From the NCBI GenBank assembly GCA_964247055.1, contig OZ176053.1:10230001-10294000 (forward strand): 64,000 bases of DNA, read 5' to 3'. The notes under the pieces are model-generated. The model saw nothing but the letters and a program-made list of their open reading frames with translations. It was not told the DNA's origin and made no database searches. Source of the DNA: Paragordius varius. Taxonomy: Eukaryota > Animalia > Nematomorpha. The translations under genes were made by a program, and so were the position numbers. Numbering within the stretch: position 1 is the first letter of the stretch; the number at the start of each line of letters is the position of its first letter. Below are positions 1-14,487 of this stretch, one piece after another.

Positions 1-123
1 TTATTTTACATGCATTATATGAAAAATTAGTTAATTATTTTTTGTTGTTAAAAACAATATAATATATAAAATATACCAAATAAATGCGATGATAAATTGC
101 ATAATTTTATATGTAAAGAATTA

Positions 124-3100
124 TTAATTAAAAACATTATCAATAGTAGTGGTATTGGTATTATTGCGACAAGTTATATCATAAGATTTCTTACGTTCCA
201 AGCATTTTGGAAATATACCCCAAATTTTGGGTGAAATACTTGGCTCCAAAATTATTTCGGATTCTGAAAAGGGGGTGCCTTTTACCCTAAAATCACTATT
301 GTTCTTATCGTTTATTTTATCGTCAACATAATAATTTATGGGGACAATATCCTTGCTTTTGGGTATTTGTGAGAATGAACCAATTTTTTTCTTGTATGAC
401 TGTCGATAACTTTGCCAAGTTTTAATGCAATAAAATAAGAGTAGGTTGAGCAAAAATATGAGCATGAGTATTAGGGCAATAACTAAAATGGTAAAATTTG
501 AGCGAGTTAAACAGTAATGGTTTTGGCCCCAACTTACAATACTCAAGTATAAACTACTTGTATTGTTTTCATCATTTTTTAGCTGGGCAGGTGTTACATA
601 AGGACGGGTTGGTACTTGTTCTTCTTCTCCGGCTTCTTCAGAAATAACAGCTTTGATGTGCCTTCGATCTCGATCTATAATAGAGGTTTTATAGATAGGT
701 AATAGAAAAACTACTATATCATTCACATTTCAAATTCACCTTTGAACAATCCAAATTCGCCCTTAAAAAATTCAAATTTAAATTATGTTTTTTTAAGATT
801 AAAAATTACCTTTATTTTATAATATTTTTAAAATATAAAATTTTGTTTAAATTTAATATGATGGAAAAAAATAATTAAACTATGTCGTAAAAATATATTT
901 CATATTGATGATGAGTTATATTATCCCGAAAACACAATTTATTTTTAGGGTTAAATTTGAATTGTTCAAGGGTGAATTTGTATTGTAAATGATACATAAT
1001 ACACAACACCTAAAAAATTTTGGTGGTCACTTATGAAATCAACAATATGGCAACTTATTCAGCGTTTGCTATATATGAGAATCTTAATATTGATTTAATT
1101 TCCAGAATTCTATAGAATCAATTCATTAATATGTTTATTGTGGTAGGCCTTGGATTTGACCCCAAATATATAATTTTTCATCAAGAAACAAAGAAATAAA
1201 GGCAAAAATTGATTTTATTTAAGCGTAAATTACTTGCTAAATTGAAATCTTCATAGACAACTTTAACACCACTTCTGGCTCGTTCGTCTTTAATAGATCT
1301 ACGTTTTCTGAATTTGATTATTTGTTGGCTTGTTTGATTACCACATCGTGGCTAAATAAATTGGAGAATTTTTAAGAAAATCAGAACAATTTTGAATAAT
1401 TTTTTCTTTGAATCTTTGGACAATAAATTAAATTTATAAAAACCATAAAAATTAAGATTATTTTACCAAATTACAATCGTATCCACAAATAGCAACTTTG
1501 CAATCAAAATACACGTTTTCGTCCTCAGGGAATTTGAAAACTGTAAAATGGGCATATACCGCTTTTCCTCCACCACGAGCCGTTAACACGGTTCTTTGTT
1601 GCTGAGACATAACATAAGGAGACACAGGACACCTTAGAAATTAATGGATAAATGATTATATAAGTAATAAATGTCTTAATTTATCAAAACATTAAATTCT
1701 TTCTAATAAATATTATATATAAACCTACAATTATTTGGAAAATTAAACCAATATTTTAAATCGATAAAAAAATTATATCAATACCCGGCAACATCAAACA
1801 ATGGTAGATTGCGAATACGTTTTCCATCATGGGCATAACAATCATTGATAAAGAAATTGTAATTATCTATTAATTATTTTTTGACAAAATAATATATAAT
1901 CCACAAAAATTAGAACCGAATTTCCAAATGGTAGTGTTTAAACCGTTAAATATAATTATTCAAAAATAAATCCTAAATTTTAAGAATATTTTTGCATTCA
2001 ATTTAATAACATTATTTATATGCCTTATATCACGTGAAAAACATATATATATACATTAACGATCATGAATGCATCGATCGACCAGTCAGAACCAACCATA
2101 TCATAATTTATCACAGACCAATTACTCTTACTAAAAAAAACATCCAATTTTGACTTTTAATTTTTGATTTAACCTTAAATATAATATCAATGAAATAAAA
2201 AGGAATTACTTGCACTGTGATCATCCAAATAAACCACCATAGTCGCTCCAGCACCAATTTTTAGCGTATCTATTGCCGTTTCTTGAGGATCGTTGCCTAA
2301 AATAATTTTCATTTGAGCTTTGGCTTTTCGTTCCGTCATGCCAGAAACAATGTTAGCTGCAGGTTTTCTGCCAGATCATAAAAAAATTAATTATAATATA
2401 TATAAGTTATTGGTAAATGACAATATAAATTTTTGTTACTCAGACATCATCTCCTTACTAACCAAATCAAATAGAATTCGTTATTAAGGAAATATTTTAA
2501 AGAAAATTATAAGAATTTTTAAAATTAGCATATTTTTTTAATCCATATTATTGATTTTTAGAAATAATAACATAATAGAGTAGGCTCAATTTCAATTTGC
2601 CCAAGGTTGTATAGTACAAACACAACGATATCTATCATAAGCAAACTATGAACTGACGTTTGGGGCATAGAGGAAAAAAACTTACTTAAATTTGAAAAGG
2701 AAAATATGTGCGTAAGGGGTAAAATCACAGGTCATTTAAATGACCTGCTTTCTTATCATTTCTAAAACCTTAAGTCATATAAGCCATATAGACCTAATTA
2801 AAGTATCTAATTCCTGCAAAATTCCATTTTAATAATTTAAGATTTAAGAAAACGATAATCATCTATTATTTTTATAACTCTAATTTAATTAAAATGTTGT
2901 AAATGGAACGGTTATTTGATGAACATAAAAAGTCGAAAATATTACTTGTTCTGGCTATTTATAACTATATACCCAACAGGGTGAAACCTCAAATATTCTG
3001 ATTTTTCATAGTATATATAAAAAATTTATTATTTTGTGGATATATTGATTACTCCTGGTGAAAGAAAAACAAATTGTTTTAACTTCAGTACTATGTGTCA

Positions 3101-5624
3101 ATTTTTTTGCTAAGACGTTTAAAAATTGTCAAAATCATATCGAGTTATATATTAACGGTAATTTTAAATACATACTCAACGATAATATGGTTTGAAACGT
3201 TTGTTGCGGGAATTTCCCTGAATAAACATCTAAGATTGTAGATACGATCCAAATCGGTTAGTAAATCTTCATCTTGTTCAAACAAGACTACTATTCGATT
3301 TTCATACCAAGCTATTTCCCTCTAATTAACAGTTTTAATATTATGACTTTTTAGTAAATATGGATGGAATTTTTAATCTTACGGAAAAAAAATCTTTTAT
3401 CACAAAAGGAATTAATTTTGTAACACAATCTGTTTATCTGCCTAAATCAGGGGTGTCCACATGCGGCCCTCCGAGATTTGATGTGCGGCCTGCGAAAAAA
3501 TTGATAATTTATAATTTGCAAAAATATGGTACAAAATCTTACCAAAATTGATTCTTAAACTTATTTTGTCAATAAGCCTATCCAATTGGCAACAAACTTG
3601 AAAACATTCTCATATTCTATTTTTGCATTTAAAAGTTTTTTTTTGTTTTAATTTTATGCTCATATGTATTTAAAAAGCGGTCTGACTGTTTTGAGTCGAA
3701 AATGCGGCGGTCGAAGCCATTTGGTTGGACACCCTGGTCTAAAAATCATGACTATCAAATTGGATTTTTTATTATTTTATTAATTTAGCATTATTTATCC
3801 GTTATTTTGTAATAATTTTTAATGTATATTTCTGAATATTATTTATAGCGAATCCAATCCAACATTTTCAAATACTATTAAATTTTAATTTTTCACTTAA
3901 GTAAACATATTACGGGTTTTAAAATAAGGTTCGTCCAATAATTAGCATAATTTAAGCGAAAACAATAAAAATTATTTTATTTAAAATACTTTTGAAATAA
4001 TATTATTTAAAATACTTTCGAAATAATATTATTTAATAGAGATAAACTTTTCATTAATTATTATTTAATACTATTAAATTATATCAATCGCGCATACGTT
4101 TGATTTGGGTAAAGTTCCACACCCATCCAATGGAAAATTGAAAAATATTTCCTGATATTCCCCAGAGCCACGTATTTTGCAAGCATCTTCACTAACATGA
4201 TTCTCGGCATAAATTATACCCTTGAATCCTTCACCAAACAACATTTTCATTTGCATCTCATTCTTAGTTTCATCACAATGAACCTCCACGTCTAATATGG
4301 TAAAAGTTGAAATTAATTTATGTAAAAAGATTTAAAACAAAATTTACAGTACTTAGTATTTCTGTTCGTTTTCCTTGTCGAAATCCGGGTGGACTATACG
4401 TGGTGTGTCTCGTTTCTCCATAAAATTCGGATAAATCAACCTTCTTTCCCTGCTTATTTAATATAATTCTAGTTTCGTTCACATCGTCTTTTGTTGCATT
4501 ATTAGTGAGTATATTTAGCTTTATAGCTTTTGATCCATTTGTGGCTCGAGGATGTTGCAATGAAAGTTGAGAATCAAGCGAAGGAATAGAAGATATATCC
4601 AATTTGGCAGTTTGGGTGGAGATTTGTCCCAGCATATATTGATCCTGGGATATCACATGAGAAGGTTCAAAAGATTTAGCATCTCCAAGGTTAGATGCCA
4701 ACATTTTTTCCGGATTTTTTCGGTTATTGTTTTCACTTAGTTTGGGTGTATCATACAGTTGAAATGAAATTGGTTGTTGATTATATTTTAGCGGAGGTTC
4801 TTTTATTAATTCATGACTATTCAGATTTTCAAGTGTATTCACACTGCTTTCCATATTTTGATCTTGAGTCAATTCTAAATCAGGCGTTTCATTAGGCGGA
4901 ACATTCTCCGAAGTGCCAGAATTATTTGGTGATAAGTTTGATTCTTCCTTTTTTTCTTTCGTCGTCTCATCAGTTTTAAGAGGAGTATCGATACTATCAG
5001 TCTTTTCTTCACCCGTTCCTTCCAAATTATCTTCTACATATTCAGCGTCTGGTTCTGCTGGAACATTTGATTCTGCCCACTCAGAATTCATTTCTGGATT
5101 CTCTGTGGAAACGTATAAACCATAACTTTCATCACGGTCACCATTTTCTAAAGTAGTTGAAGGGTCGCTTAGTTTAGTATCTGTTGTTATATTGACTCCC
5201 TTTTGTTCATTCGTTTCCTCTGATGGCCTAGATAATGTTAATAGTGTATCAGGAACACTATTTTGTTGTTGAGATAACTCATCATTTTCCCCTCGCTGAT
5301 TCAAATCTTCTTGTGCTAAATTCTGGCTTGAGCCCTGAGTATGTGGGTAATCATATTGATATCTAACATGATCGGGTACGGGTTGGTAACCCCATGAAAC
5401 AGGATTAGCAACTGGATTATTGATGTTTTGATTATTGTCAGAATTTCGGCTACTTTGAGCAAAATTAGTTAGCAAGGATTCGCTAAAATTGGGACCTATA
5501 TTTTGTCCAACATCATATTCATTTGTATTACCATAATATTGATTATAATTATTGTTGTAAGTTTGCCTAGCCTTTCGACCAATTTTTAGTTCACAGTTTA
5601 TAAAGATAGTTGGCAATATAAGTA

Positions 5625-5668
<44 letters not shown>

Positions 5669-6210
5669 TGGAAATGTAATCACATATAATATTTAAAGGT
5701 TAATGAACAGATCTGTAGGGATTAAAGTTATCAAACACTAGTAATCTTTAGTCTAGTTAAAAACAAGGCTTAAACTCAAACTGGCAAAAGGGTGTTTTGG
5801 TGGCTTTTACATATAAATTCGATACATTTACATCTTAAATTATCCCTAAATCAATTCATAATCACCCTTAAACAATTTTAATTTACCCTCAAAACTCTTG
5901 ATTTTACATTTATTCACCCAAAATAAATTATCAGTGTTTAACTAATTTGACTCCTTATTGATATGAAACATTTATTTATGGCATGGTTTATTGTTTCTTT
6001 ATTTATCAAAATTGTATTTTAAAAATATGGGTGTTTTTGATATTCAAAACATTGATTCGAATTTAAAATCTTCAAGTACTGATTGTCTCTAAAGTTCCTT
6101 AACGGCAGTTTTTAAGATTGTGTTAATTAACGCTACTCGAAGATGTGCCAAACTTAAATGATGATAAAAATTACCAAAATACAGAATTTCAGATTTTCGT
6201 GTCGAATCAT
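124..6210 (-). CDS. ZP-domain transmembrane protein (cuticlin/dusky-like), ~9 coding exons
   Basis: Exons approx 6175-6210, 4354-5625, 4102-4291, ~3176-3330, ~2209-2367, ~1766-1865, ~1470-1632, ~1229-1346, 124-~679, joined with GT-AG and consistent phases. Predicted signal peptide MIRHENLKFCIL+ILILPTIFINC, long N/Q/E-rich region, ZP-N (VEVHC..FKGIIYA..C..FPLDGCGT; ENRIVVLFEQDEDLLTDLDRIYNLRC), ZP-C (CYAHDG..LFDVAGCP..FTVFKFPEDENVYFDCKVAICGYDC), furin site RKRR, TM segment FTILVIALILMLIFLLNLLLFYC, cytoplasmic tail, TAA stop. Confidence 0.88.
715..995. mobile_element. MITE family A copy (TATACCATTTACA termini, 21-bp subterminal modules), in last ZP intron
   Basis: tatatcattcaca...tgtaaatgatac with AATTCAAATTCACCCTTGAAC-like modules; same internal sequence as the copies at 40001 and 48426. 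Confidence 0.8.
3448..3736. mobile_element. hAT (Charlie-like) MITE family B
   Basis: CAGGGGTGTCCA...TTGGACACCCTG, GCGGCC motifs, near-matching 8-bp flanks GCCTAAAT/GTCTAAAA. Confidence 0.8.
5629..5668. repeat. (TA)n microsatellite abutting the ZP exon 2 acceptor
   Basis: Read directly; other (TA)n tracts at ~6781-6802, ~11911-11935, ~42688-42704 and ~52717-52735. Confidence 0.9.
5820..6060. mobile_element. Degenerate MITE family A copy in ZP intron 1
   Basis: tacatttaca..atcacccttaaacaatttt..tttaccctcaaa..cacccaaaataaatta..tttatggcat, collinear with the copy at 40604; right end not recognisable. Confidence 0.5.
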
Positions 6211-7620
6211 GGTATGATGATAGTATAACTTAATTGATTGAAATAAATAATTTAAATAAATATAGGATCACAAATGTCCAATAATAAGAGGAAAAAAATT
6301 CCCACTTTAGTGCAAATATTTATTGAGAAATTAAGAAAAAATAAAGGTTAGGGATAACATACGACGATAGAGAGTGAAATTTTTGTGTTCGATATACTTA
6401 TAACAGATTTGTCAAACCGTTGTCATAAAATTATTATTATAATACATATATATATTTGCTTTTTAGTCTACGTGATTTCATTCTTTAACATATATACGAT
6501 GTTTAATAAAAATAAAATAATTTATGAATATATGTAAGTTACTGTATCAATTTTTATCACCTACTTTCTAATTTTTATAAATAAGGTATATTTTATGGGA
6601 ACACAAATCAGTTTATGAGTTGGGTCGGTCTCCTTCTCTGTTGTAATTTATCGATTAACTTTTTATTATTTATGTATAAAAAAATTTTTTTATTAAAAAA
6701 TTGAGGTATATTTCAATGTTAATTAACAACCAGTTCCGATTACCTTGTATCTCTGTCTTCCTGTACCTTTCGTCGCATATAATATATATATATATATATA
6801 TATTTTAATAAAAAATATATATATAAAATTTATTTAAGTACACCAATATACCGACGTTTTGATTAAATTAAATAAATATTAGTATTTTATTTGTGTAATT
6901 GCAATTTAAAAATAAATATAAAATTTATTTTATTCATATATTTAATTAAATTAATATAACATTCATAATCAATTAATTCAAAGTGAATTGATCTGCTCTA
7001 CTGCACTTCTAACATTGTTATTAACGTTAAAAAATTAGTGAAAAAATAAATATTTCTTAAGGAAAGAAAATGCCTAATATAATTTGTTATAAACTTCTTT
7101 TTAAGTAATATATTTTTATGTTTGATATGTGAAATGCATATAGCTAACTAGCTACTTGTAAAATAATTTAATGTTGACAAAAATATTTCACAGTTTGATT
7201 AACCTATAAAGATAACCTCAATCGTGACAAAGACAATATTACAAATAATAAATGGAAAGAAAGTCTTACAAAAGCGTAAAATAACCGTTTGATATTTGAA
7301 TATAAAACCATACTATGTCAACACTTCTAGCGAAAAATTTAACCATATTTTTGACCTATATAATAATACAATTGATAAACCACTTTATTTGCCTAATAAA
7401 TATAATAGTGTAAGGCTTGAGATCAATATTGTAATTTATATATTTTTATAATCCTTTTTACATTATCAGCTGTTATAATTACTATTAAAGCATGATATGC
7501 GGGCACTAGAATGCCTCGCTTAGGCCAAGTCAAAGACCATTAGTTTAAAACGAAAATTCCATTTTTTTAAATCTAAATATATATTCAGGGAAAATAAAAA
7601 AAGGATTTTCAAAAAGTTAC

Positions 7621-7815
7621 AAAACTGATATTGACAAACCTGGGGTCTATACAAAAAAAATGCAGCTTCGATAAGGTTTAGTTGGGTCAAACAATCAGAA
7701 AAATAATTACGAAAATTAATTAACGAACATAAAAACTGTTTAAGAAATTCCAATATAGAAAGCAGTGTAGCAGAGCATGCTTTGGATTACCATGAGACTG
7801 ATTTTAACATAGTAA
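7621..7815 (+). mobile_element. Penelope-like element GIY-YIG endonuclease remnant
   Basis: Frameshifted reading KPGVY..CSFDKV*LGQTIRKIITKI-EHKNCLRNSNIESSVAEHALDYHETDFN matches the GIY..YIG-T-R..EH..S..AEH..H pattern of Penelope-like elements. Confidence 0.7.
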
Positions 7816-9373
7816 CTTGTATTATTATGAAGATCTAGCGTAAATCTCGTGCTGCTACGCAGTCCGAGGAAGTCCTTCGGACTTCTGGGAAGGGGGGGAT
7901 GCTATTTGAAAAAATGGACAATATAATGATCCACATATGTGGATTATTTAGAAACATTATTTAACTATGATCTCATAGGAATTTTAAAACGGTGCATTCA
8001 TAATTTATTTTTTACTCGGGGCAAAGATAGATTTAAAAAATTATTTTTGTGGACTTTGTTTTTTGAAATAAATGGCATTTTACGGGGGGAGCAGGTAAAA
8101 AGAGGGCCTAAATTAAAAAAGTGAGCCAACTATGTTTGGCGCAATCGAAAATAAGTAAATAAAAATTATATTTGAAATTGAATGGTCCAACACGTTCTCC
8201 GGAAAATTGTCTCAAAGACACGATTTTTGTGGACTTCTTCCAAAAAAACCCGTTTTTTACACGGGGTGGGTCCGAACTGGGGGCTAATTTAAAAAAAAGG
8301 GCGAAGCTATTGTCGGGGCATTCCTTAATGATTATATTTTTTCGATATTTGGATTTGAATGGGTTTACCGGTTTTCCGGAAACAGATCACAAAGTCAGCA
8401 TTTTCCATTTTTATAAATATATAGATTATAGAGATCCAATTATTAGGGGAGCCTTGAAACTTTCTAAAATAATAATCTATACCAGGACGATGTATATATT
8501 ACAAATCTCTCGTGATTTTAACTTGGGAAACCAATGTATGCTTTCTTAGGAATTTATTTACAGCACTAATATTTTAATAGTTCTATAGATTCTTGGTACG
8601 CACTTATATAATCAGTTTGAAATAGAATTTCCTTTGAGAATTCGCTAGTCACAAATATTGTATTATTTTAAATTTTTTTAAATAAATTATTATTATATTT
8701 ATATACTTATAGCAATTAAAAATGTTTTATTAATAGAGGGCTTGTTTTTAGAATTTCGTTGTTTAGAGATTTTTTGAGGATTAATGTTATTTTGAATATA
8801 CGAGTGTGAAAAGACGCAAACGGATTTTCCATCATTTTATTTGCAATAACATAATTGCCAATTAAAATATTTGAAACATTACAAAAATGTTGCCACTTTT
8901 TCGTCTGTAAATGGTTCATACCAAAACGGTTTCAAAAAATTTGACCTTTCCATCCATATAAGCCCGGATATACCTCGAATTAAATTTAAATATAAATGAT
9001 TTTTGGTATTTTAATATTTTAATTTTCTCTAGAGATTCATTTAAAACATTACCAAGATTAGTAATGAAATGATCAAAAATAATAATTTTAGGTGAAAAAA
9101 ATGAAGAAGTTATTCTATCCTCAATTAGACAAAATCTCTGGATTAAACTATAAAAGAACTCCTAACAATTTAGAAATTAATTCCTGTCTGATTTTTCAAA
9201 AGATACGGTTATAACATTCCAGCGATACATAATAAAATTATTTAAACATATGTAATACAAATCATTTATCATGATTGGGATTATCTTATCGATGTAAATG
9301 TCGCAATCAATTAATTATTGATATAATAATTTGCATAAAATTTAGACAATATTTGGCTAAATCAAGGTACATT

Positions 9374-12300
9374 CTATTTTCCGATGCAAAAATCTTTAAA
9401 TAAATTATCCAAGATATAATCAGTGGATATTCCCAGATTCTGAACATCTCCTGCAAGAAAGGAGAGATTGCGTGAAGCCCTTTGTAACAAACGCGCTGCA
9501 ATCACTAAATTGTGTTCAGGTATAGTTGTAATGAGTTGTTTTTCATGTCCAGTGTTTTCCTGCATTTATATGTTTATTAGCATTGTTAATTGACAAAAAA
9601 TATTGTTTGGCTAGCCTTTTTAAAAAATTAAATCGTCAACAGAACTTAAAAGATTTGTTGAATATGTTTAAAATGTATAAATTTGAACGAAGCGGAAATG
9701 AAAACATAACAAAAGTATATATATATACTAAAACTTATACATTTTGTTGGATAATAAGACATTTTTACAGAATATTATTCGATACACGCCTTAAATCACT
9801 CATTTAAAATGAAAAAAGTGAGATTTTTTTATTATATACTAAATTTACCGATTAAAGTAATAATAGATTACAAACTAAAATCTACTTTTTTAAAACACTC
9901 ATGATTAAAACCTAGTTAAAAACATATTTATATAGAGTCGATAAATTATTATTTAAAATCTTTTTTGTCATATTCTTTTTGTTAATTGTTCATCATTAAC
10001 TTATTTGATTTGAAATATATTTCGGACAAAGCATAATATTAAAGGATTTGCTGAATGAAATAAAAAACATTTGAAAATTATTCAACCTATATTGGACACA
10101 CATATATATTATTGTCAAGAATGATTAGGAATTTTACCATATTTATATACATTTTAACCTGTGTTTAATATTTCTAACCTCTAATATCAGAAAATGAACA
10201 TCAAATAATAAAAGTGGCGGCTTACGTTTAAATGGTCATTTTGTGAGTATAAAAATTGTTCTAGATATTTCAGACACGATTTGATGTGAGTTTTCTGTCT
10301 ATGTGAATGCATAACCGGATTTCCTTGAGATAAATCCCCAAATCTAACGCAATAATCATTAGGATGTTATATTTTAATACGATAAATTTTTCATATATGA
10401 TATCAAAGCACATGAAAAATAAGGTTAGAGATTGCATATTAATGAATTATAAGCCGATATTATCATTTTCGACTCGGGTTAAATTTTTTTATAATCTCAC
10501 GCTAAAATTTATAATCTAACGCATGTTTTGTATTTATATTGGTCCATCGAATTCTCAAGCTATTAATTTTATCTGCGGTTTTTTTCTGTTTTTTACCTCA
10601 AAAGGTTATTCCATCAATTTATCAAAATTGAATTTGACGTAATCCTTTTTAAATAAATTATTGCTAATCACTGTATTGAGCTGCATAAAACTATTTTCAT
10701 TTGCTACAATCATTTATAATTAAAATTCTCATATTTACCATATTTTAGATCTTTCACTATTTTTTCCTTTGCCCACAAAAAACTTTTCAATGTGTTTTAA
10801 TTTAGAGTTCAAAATATTAAACTTAAAAAATAATTACTTTTGTTTAATATTTGCAGATAATTGTGTAACGAAATTCTCCATATTTGTCCCCGTAAGCCCA
10901 CAAACAAAAGCAATATTATCCATTTTCACAGGTAAGTTAATCGGAGAGGGCATTTGATCAATTTTATTGAAAAGATACATTTTAGGTTTGTACAATGATT
11001 CTAAGATACATAAAATTAATATATTAAAATTTTATTACTATATTAAATTAACTAAATGGTAATATATATTGCACGTAAAATATATGGTAGTTTAAATAAT
11101 GTTAAATATTTAGCTGTTTTAACATGGTATAAGCAAATTATATATAAATTATTTTTAAAAAATAGAAAAATTAAATCACCAGTTATATTGTATTCATTTT
11201 GCACGTATTTATCCAACATAGTTGGCAAAACATCCTTAATATTTTTATATTCTTTAAGGGTAGGGTAAATTTGTTGTTGAAAAAATTTACTGGTACAATC
11301 GATAACAAATATCACAATATCGGCATTTTCAAGGCTAAAATTAGGGCAAGAAATAATAAAAGAAAATTACTAATATAAAAAAAAAATTTACCAAATTTTG
11401 CTGCGTTTAATACCTTCTTGTTCAATAATTTCTGAATCATTATTTGTGTGAGTAGATTCTTTTCCTGCACAACAAAATAATTTTAAAACATTTAAAATAT
11501 GTATGCAAGTCATTACCATAAACTAAATTAAAGAGTGCAATCAACTTTACATACATAACAAGCTTAAAAACAGAGTGATTATAAAAGTATATTATTATAA
11601 TATATATGTTGCATAAGGTGAATTATCAAATGTCAAACAAATTATTTAAAAACAATTAAAAGCAAATTATGTAAGAGTATAGATATTTTAATATAAGGTT
11701 GTTTCTTAAATTTATAAACCTATTTTTTTAAAAAAAAATCCGTACCAAAATATCTGATTCCAGCAGTATCTGTAAAAATGACAGGATATCCATTTATATC
11801 CACGAAAGATTCAATCAAATCTCGTGTCGTCCCAGAATAAGGTGATACAATCGATTTATTTTGGCGGCATAAATAATTGAACAAAGTGCTTTTTCCGACA
11901 TTCGGGGCCCCTATATATATATATATATATATATTAAAATCCATAGATTTGGGGAAAAGCGGTTTAAAACAATATGTAACAATATAATGTTGAAAACTCC
12001 AATAGGTTAAAAACAATAACATTTTTACACTACAAATGTTATGTAAAAAGGGATGCCCAATGCATATTAAAATTTGTAGTTAGCAAAATACAATGATAAT
12101 TTAATACAAATATTACATATGCTTCTGTGTGGCGTCGTCAAATTAAAAATTAAATTTTTAGAAGGCCATGTTCATAGATAAATAGAGGGCTCTTGAAAGG
12201 AAACCCTAAACCTGCCGTCGTATCGAGTTTTTCTGGTTATCAATGCATTTAAGAATTTTTTGTTATAATAACATTTGCTTAATAATATATGACTGATGCA

Positions 12301-13418
12301 ACTAAAAACCGATGTTTACAAAACTATATAGTTTAATGGCCCTCACATATACATATAGCTATAATAAATTTATGATTGCAATCAATATTTAAAGATTAGG
12401 TATAATTTAAAATAATCCAAATTGAAAATATTATGATAACAAAGTTAAAAATAATCGTAAAATTGCAAATAAAAAACCTATAATTGCTATTTTTATGCCA
12501 TTTTGTAGAATTTGACCCCTGTTATCCACATCTTGCAAATACGCTTGCATATTTTTGTATAAATTCAAGACACGATTTATTATGGAATCAATTGTATTGG
12601 AGTGCTCTATATGATGATCCTCACTAAAATCGATCAACATTTCAATATCTGATTGGCACTAAAAATTACATTAATGTTAGTTTCTATATTTACGATAAGA
12701 TTGAGAATGAAATAAAAGTAGATTTTGATAAACCCTGAAAGAAAAGTGCATGACTCTTATGAATACAGTTATGTATACTGCTTATTATTCCTTAATGATT
12801 GGTTACAGTAAATTACAGTTAGAGAAAAATGATCTAAACACGTGGAGTTACTTTAATCAAATCCCTGCGCCAGTTAGAGTATAATTTTTTTAACTGTCCA
12901 CTGGTAATTCTTAAAGCTACTTTTCGTTGTTGTTCAGTTTCTGCAGAAAGCAGATCCGCCAATCCTTCAATTTGAGTTAAATCAAGTTTATTGTTAAAAT
13001 AAGCTCTTTCAATTAATTAATATTTCATTACCTTTTGGTGAATTCGCCTGGCTCGGCTAATTCGACACTTTCTAACGAATCCAATGCTTTGTACAGAGCT
13101 TTCTGAACGGCAGTTGAACCATGAATTTGAAACTCACAACAATCTTCTCCAGTGAAAGAATGAGGTTCTATGATTAAAGCTGATAAAACTTGTGTATAAT
13201 ATAAAAATTCCTTGATCAATGATTTCATTATCATTTGGCCAATATATATTGCATAAAAGAGCCTTCCGGGGTTCTATCCTTTTTCTTATCATCATATTTG
13301 CGATGCTCGTAACTAAGGGTCCAGAAACTCTGATAATACTTACCCCACATCTTCCAAATCCCGAAGAAAGACCGTAAATAGTGTGCAAACGCCTTATAAA
13401 TGTGTTAAATATTGGCAT
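9374..13418 (-). CDS. GTPBP3: Mitochondrial tRNA modification GTPase MnmE/TrmE (GTPBP3 orthologue), ~10 exons
   Basis: [22 protein letters not shown]; [17 protein letters not shown]; [35 protein letters not shown]; G1 [12 protein letters not shown]; G2 GTTRD; G3 DTAGIR; G4 NKID; invariant C-terminal FCIGK followed by TAG at 9374-9376. Confidence 0.95.
13006..13031 (-). other. 26-nt GT-AG intron (GTPBP3 intron 2)
   Basis: gtaatgaaatattaattaattgaaag; removal gives [15 protein letters not shown]. Confidence 0.9.
13168..13189 (-). other. 22-nt GT-AG intron (GTPBP3 intron 1)
   Basis: gttttatcagctttaatcatag; removal fixes the frameshift and gives [19 protein letters not shown] with MnmE spacing. 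Confidence 0.85.
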
Positions 13419-13819
13419 ACATTTTAACAGATTGGGTTGTAAAATATTTAAATTTTCTTGTAAGTAGTAGTCGAAATAAGCTGTTTTCTATAAATAGTAA
13501 TGTTATAATATTTTATTATTTTATTTAAAATATGTCCTCTTTGCCTAAGCTTTAGCTTTTATATGCATAAAATAATGAATGGCTAACATTTGAATATAAT
13601 TCATTCATATATTTATTTAATTCCTCTTTTAAATTTATGGAATTTTTTTTTATAAATTTACGATTTATCCTATGATTTATTTCACGTAACCCTTTATCTT
13701 GATTATTATCTAGTCAATCTCACCATATTCTAACCTATTCCATAGTATATTCTAGCAAGGTAGATCTTTCATGTTTTTACTAAATGATATTAAGTGACTA
13801 AACCATAATAGGTTCAGAT

Positions 13820-13985
13820 CAGGGGTGCAATAATGTAACTCTTTACTTAACAATCAATGGTGTTTGAGGAATTAAAGCAATAGATTTTGTTTTACCAGAT
13901 TTGATTAGGTTTTTAAAATTATAAAACTTCGCTTTTATTTTGTGTTTTTAATAATTTTACCCGGACCGCTTGTTGGACACCTTTG
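13820..13985. mobile_element. hAT MITE family B-related copy
   Basis: CAGGGGTGCAA...TTGGACACCTTTG; flanks GTTCAGAT/GTCTTGAT. Confidence 0.6.
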
Positions 13986-14487
13986 GTCTTGATATATATA
14001 GAAATATTTAAATACGAGCTTTTATGTTTTATTTTGAATATTATTCTTATGGATTTCATTAACAACATCAACTAGCAGTTATGTAATTATTTGTTAAAAT
14101 TGTATAAAAACTCAATGTTAGTATAACACTGCGCAAATCAGAGCGTATAAAAAAATATCCTGATTTACATATAATCTGATAGATAAATGTATCAGCATAT
14201 TCCTGTGCTTTTTTGTTTTAAGCCTTGAAATTCATTAAAAATCAATATAAATTTTGTGTGATTTATCCATGTCGAAAAACCGTAAAATTTGCATTATGCT
14301 AAATAAAATTCTTTAATAAAGCTAAAATCTTCACAAAAGACAATTAAAATGCATTAGCTGTATTTGTAAAAGCAAAATATATAAAATTTATATTAAGGTC
14401 CGGCCTCCCAAAATCTCAAGTTTTTGATGCGCTCTAAGCTAGTTTTATAAAATATAGAGATTTCGTTATATTTAATATATGCTTGAT

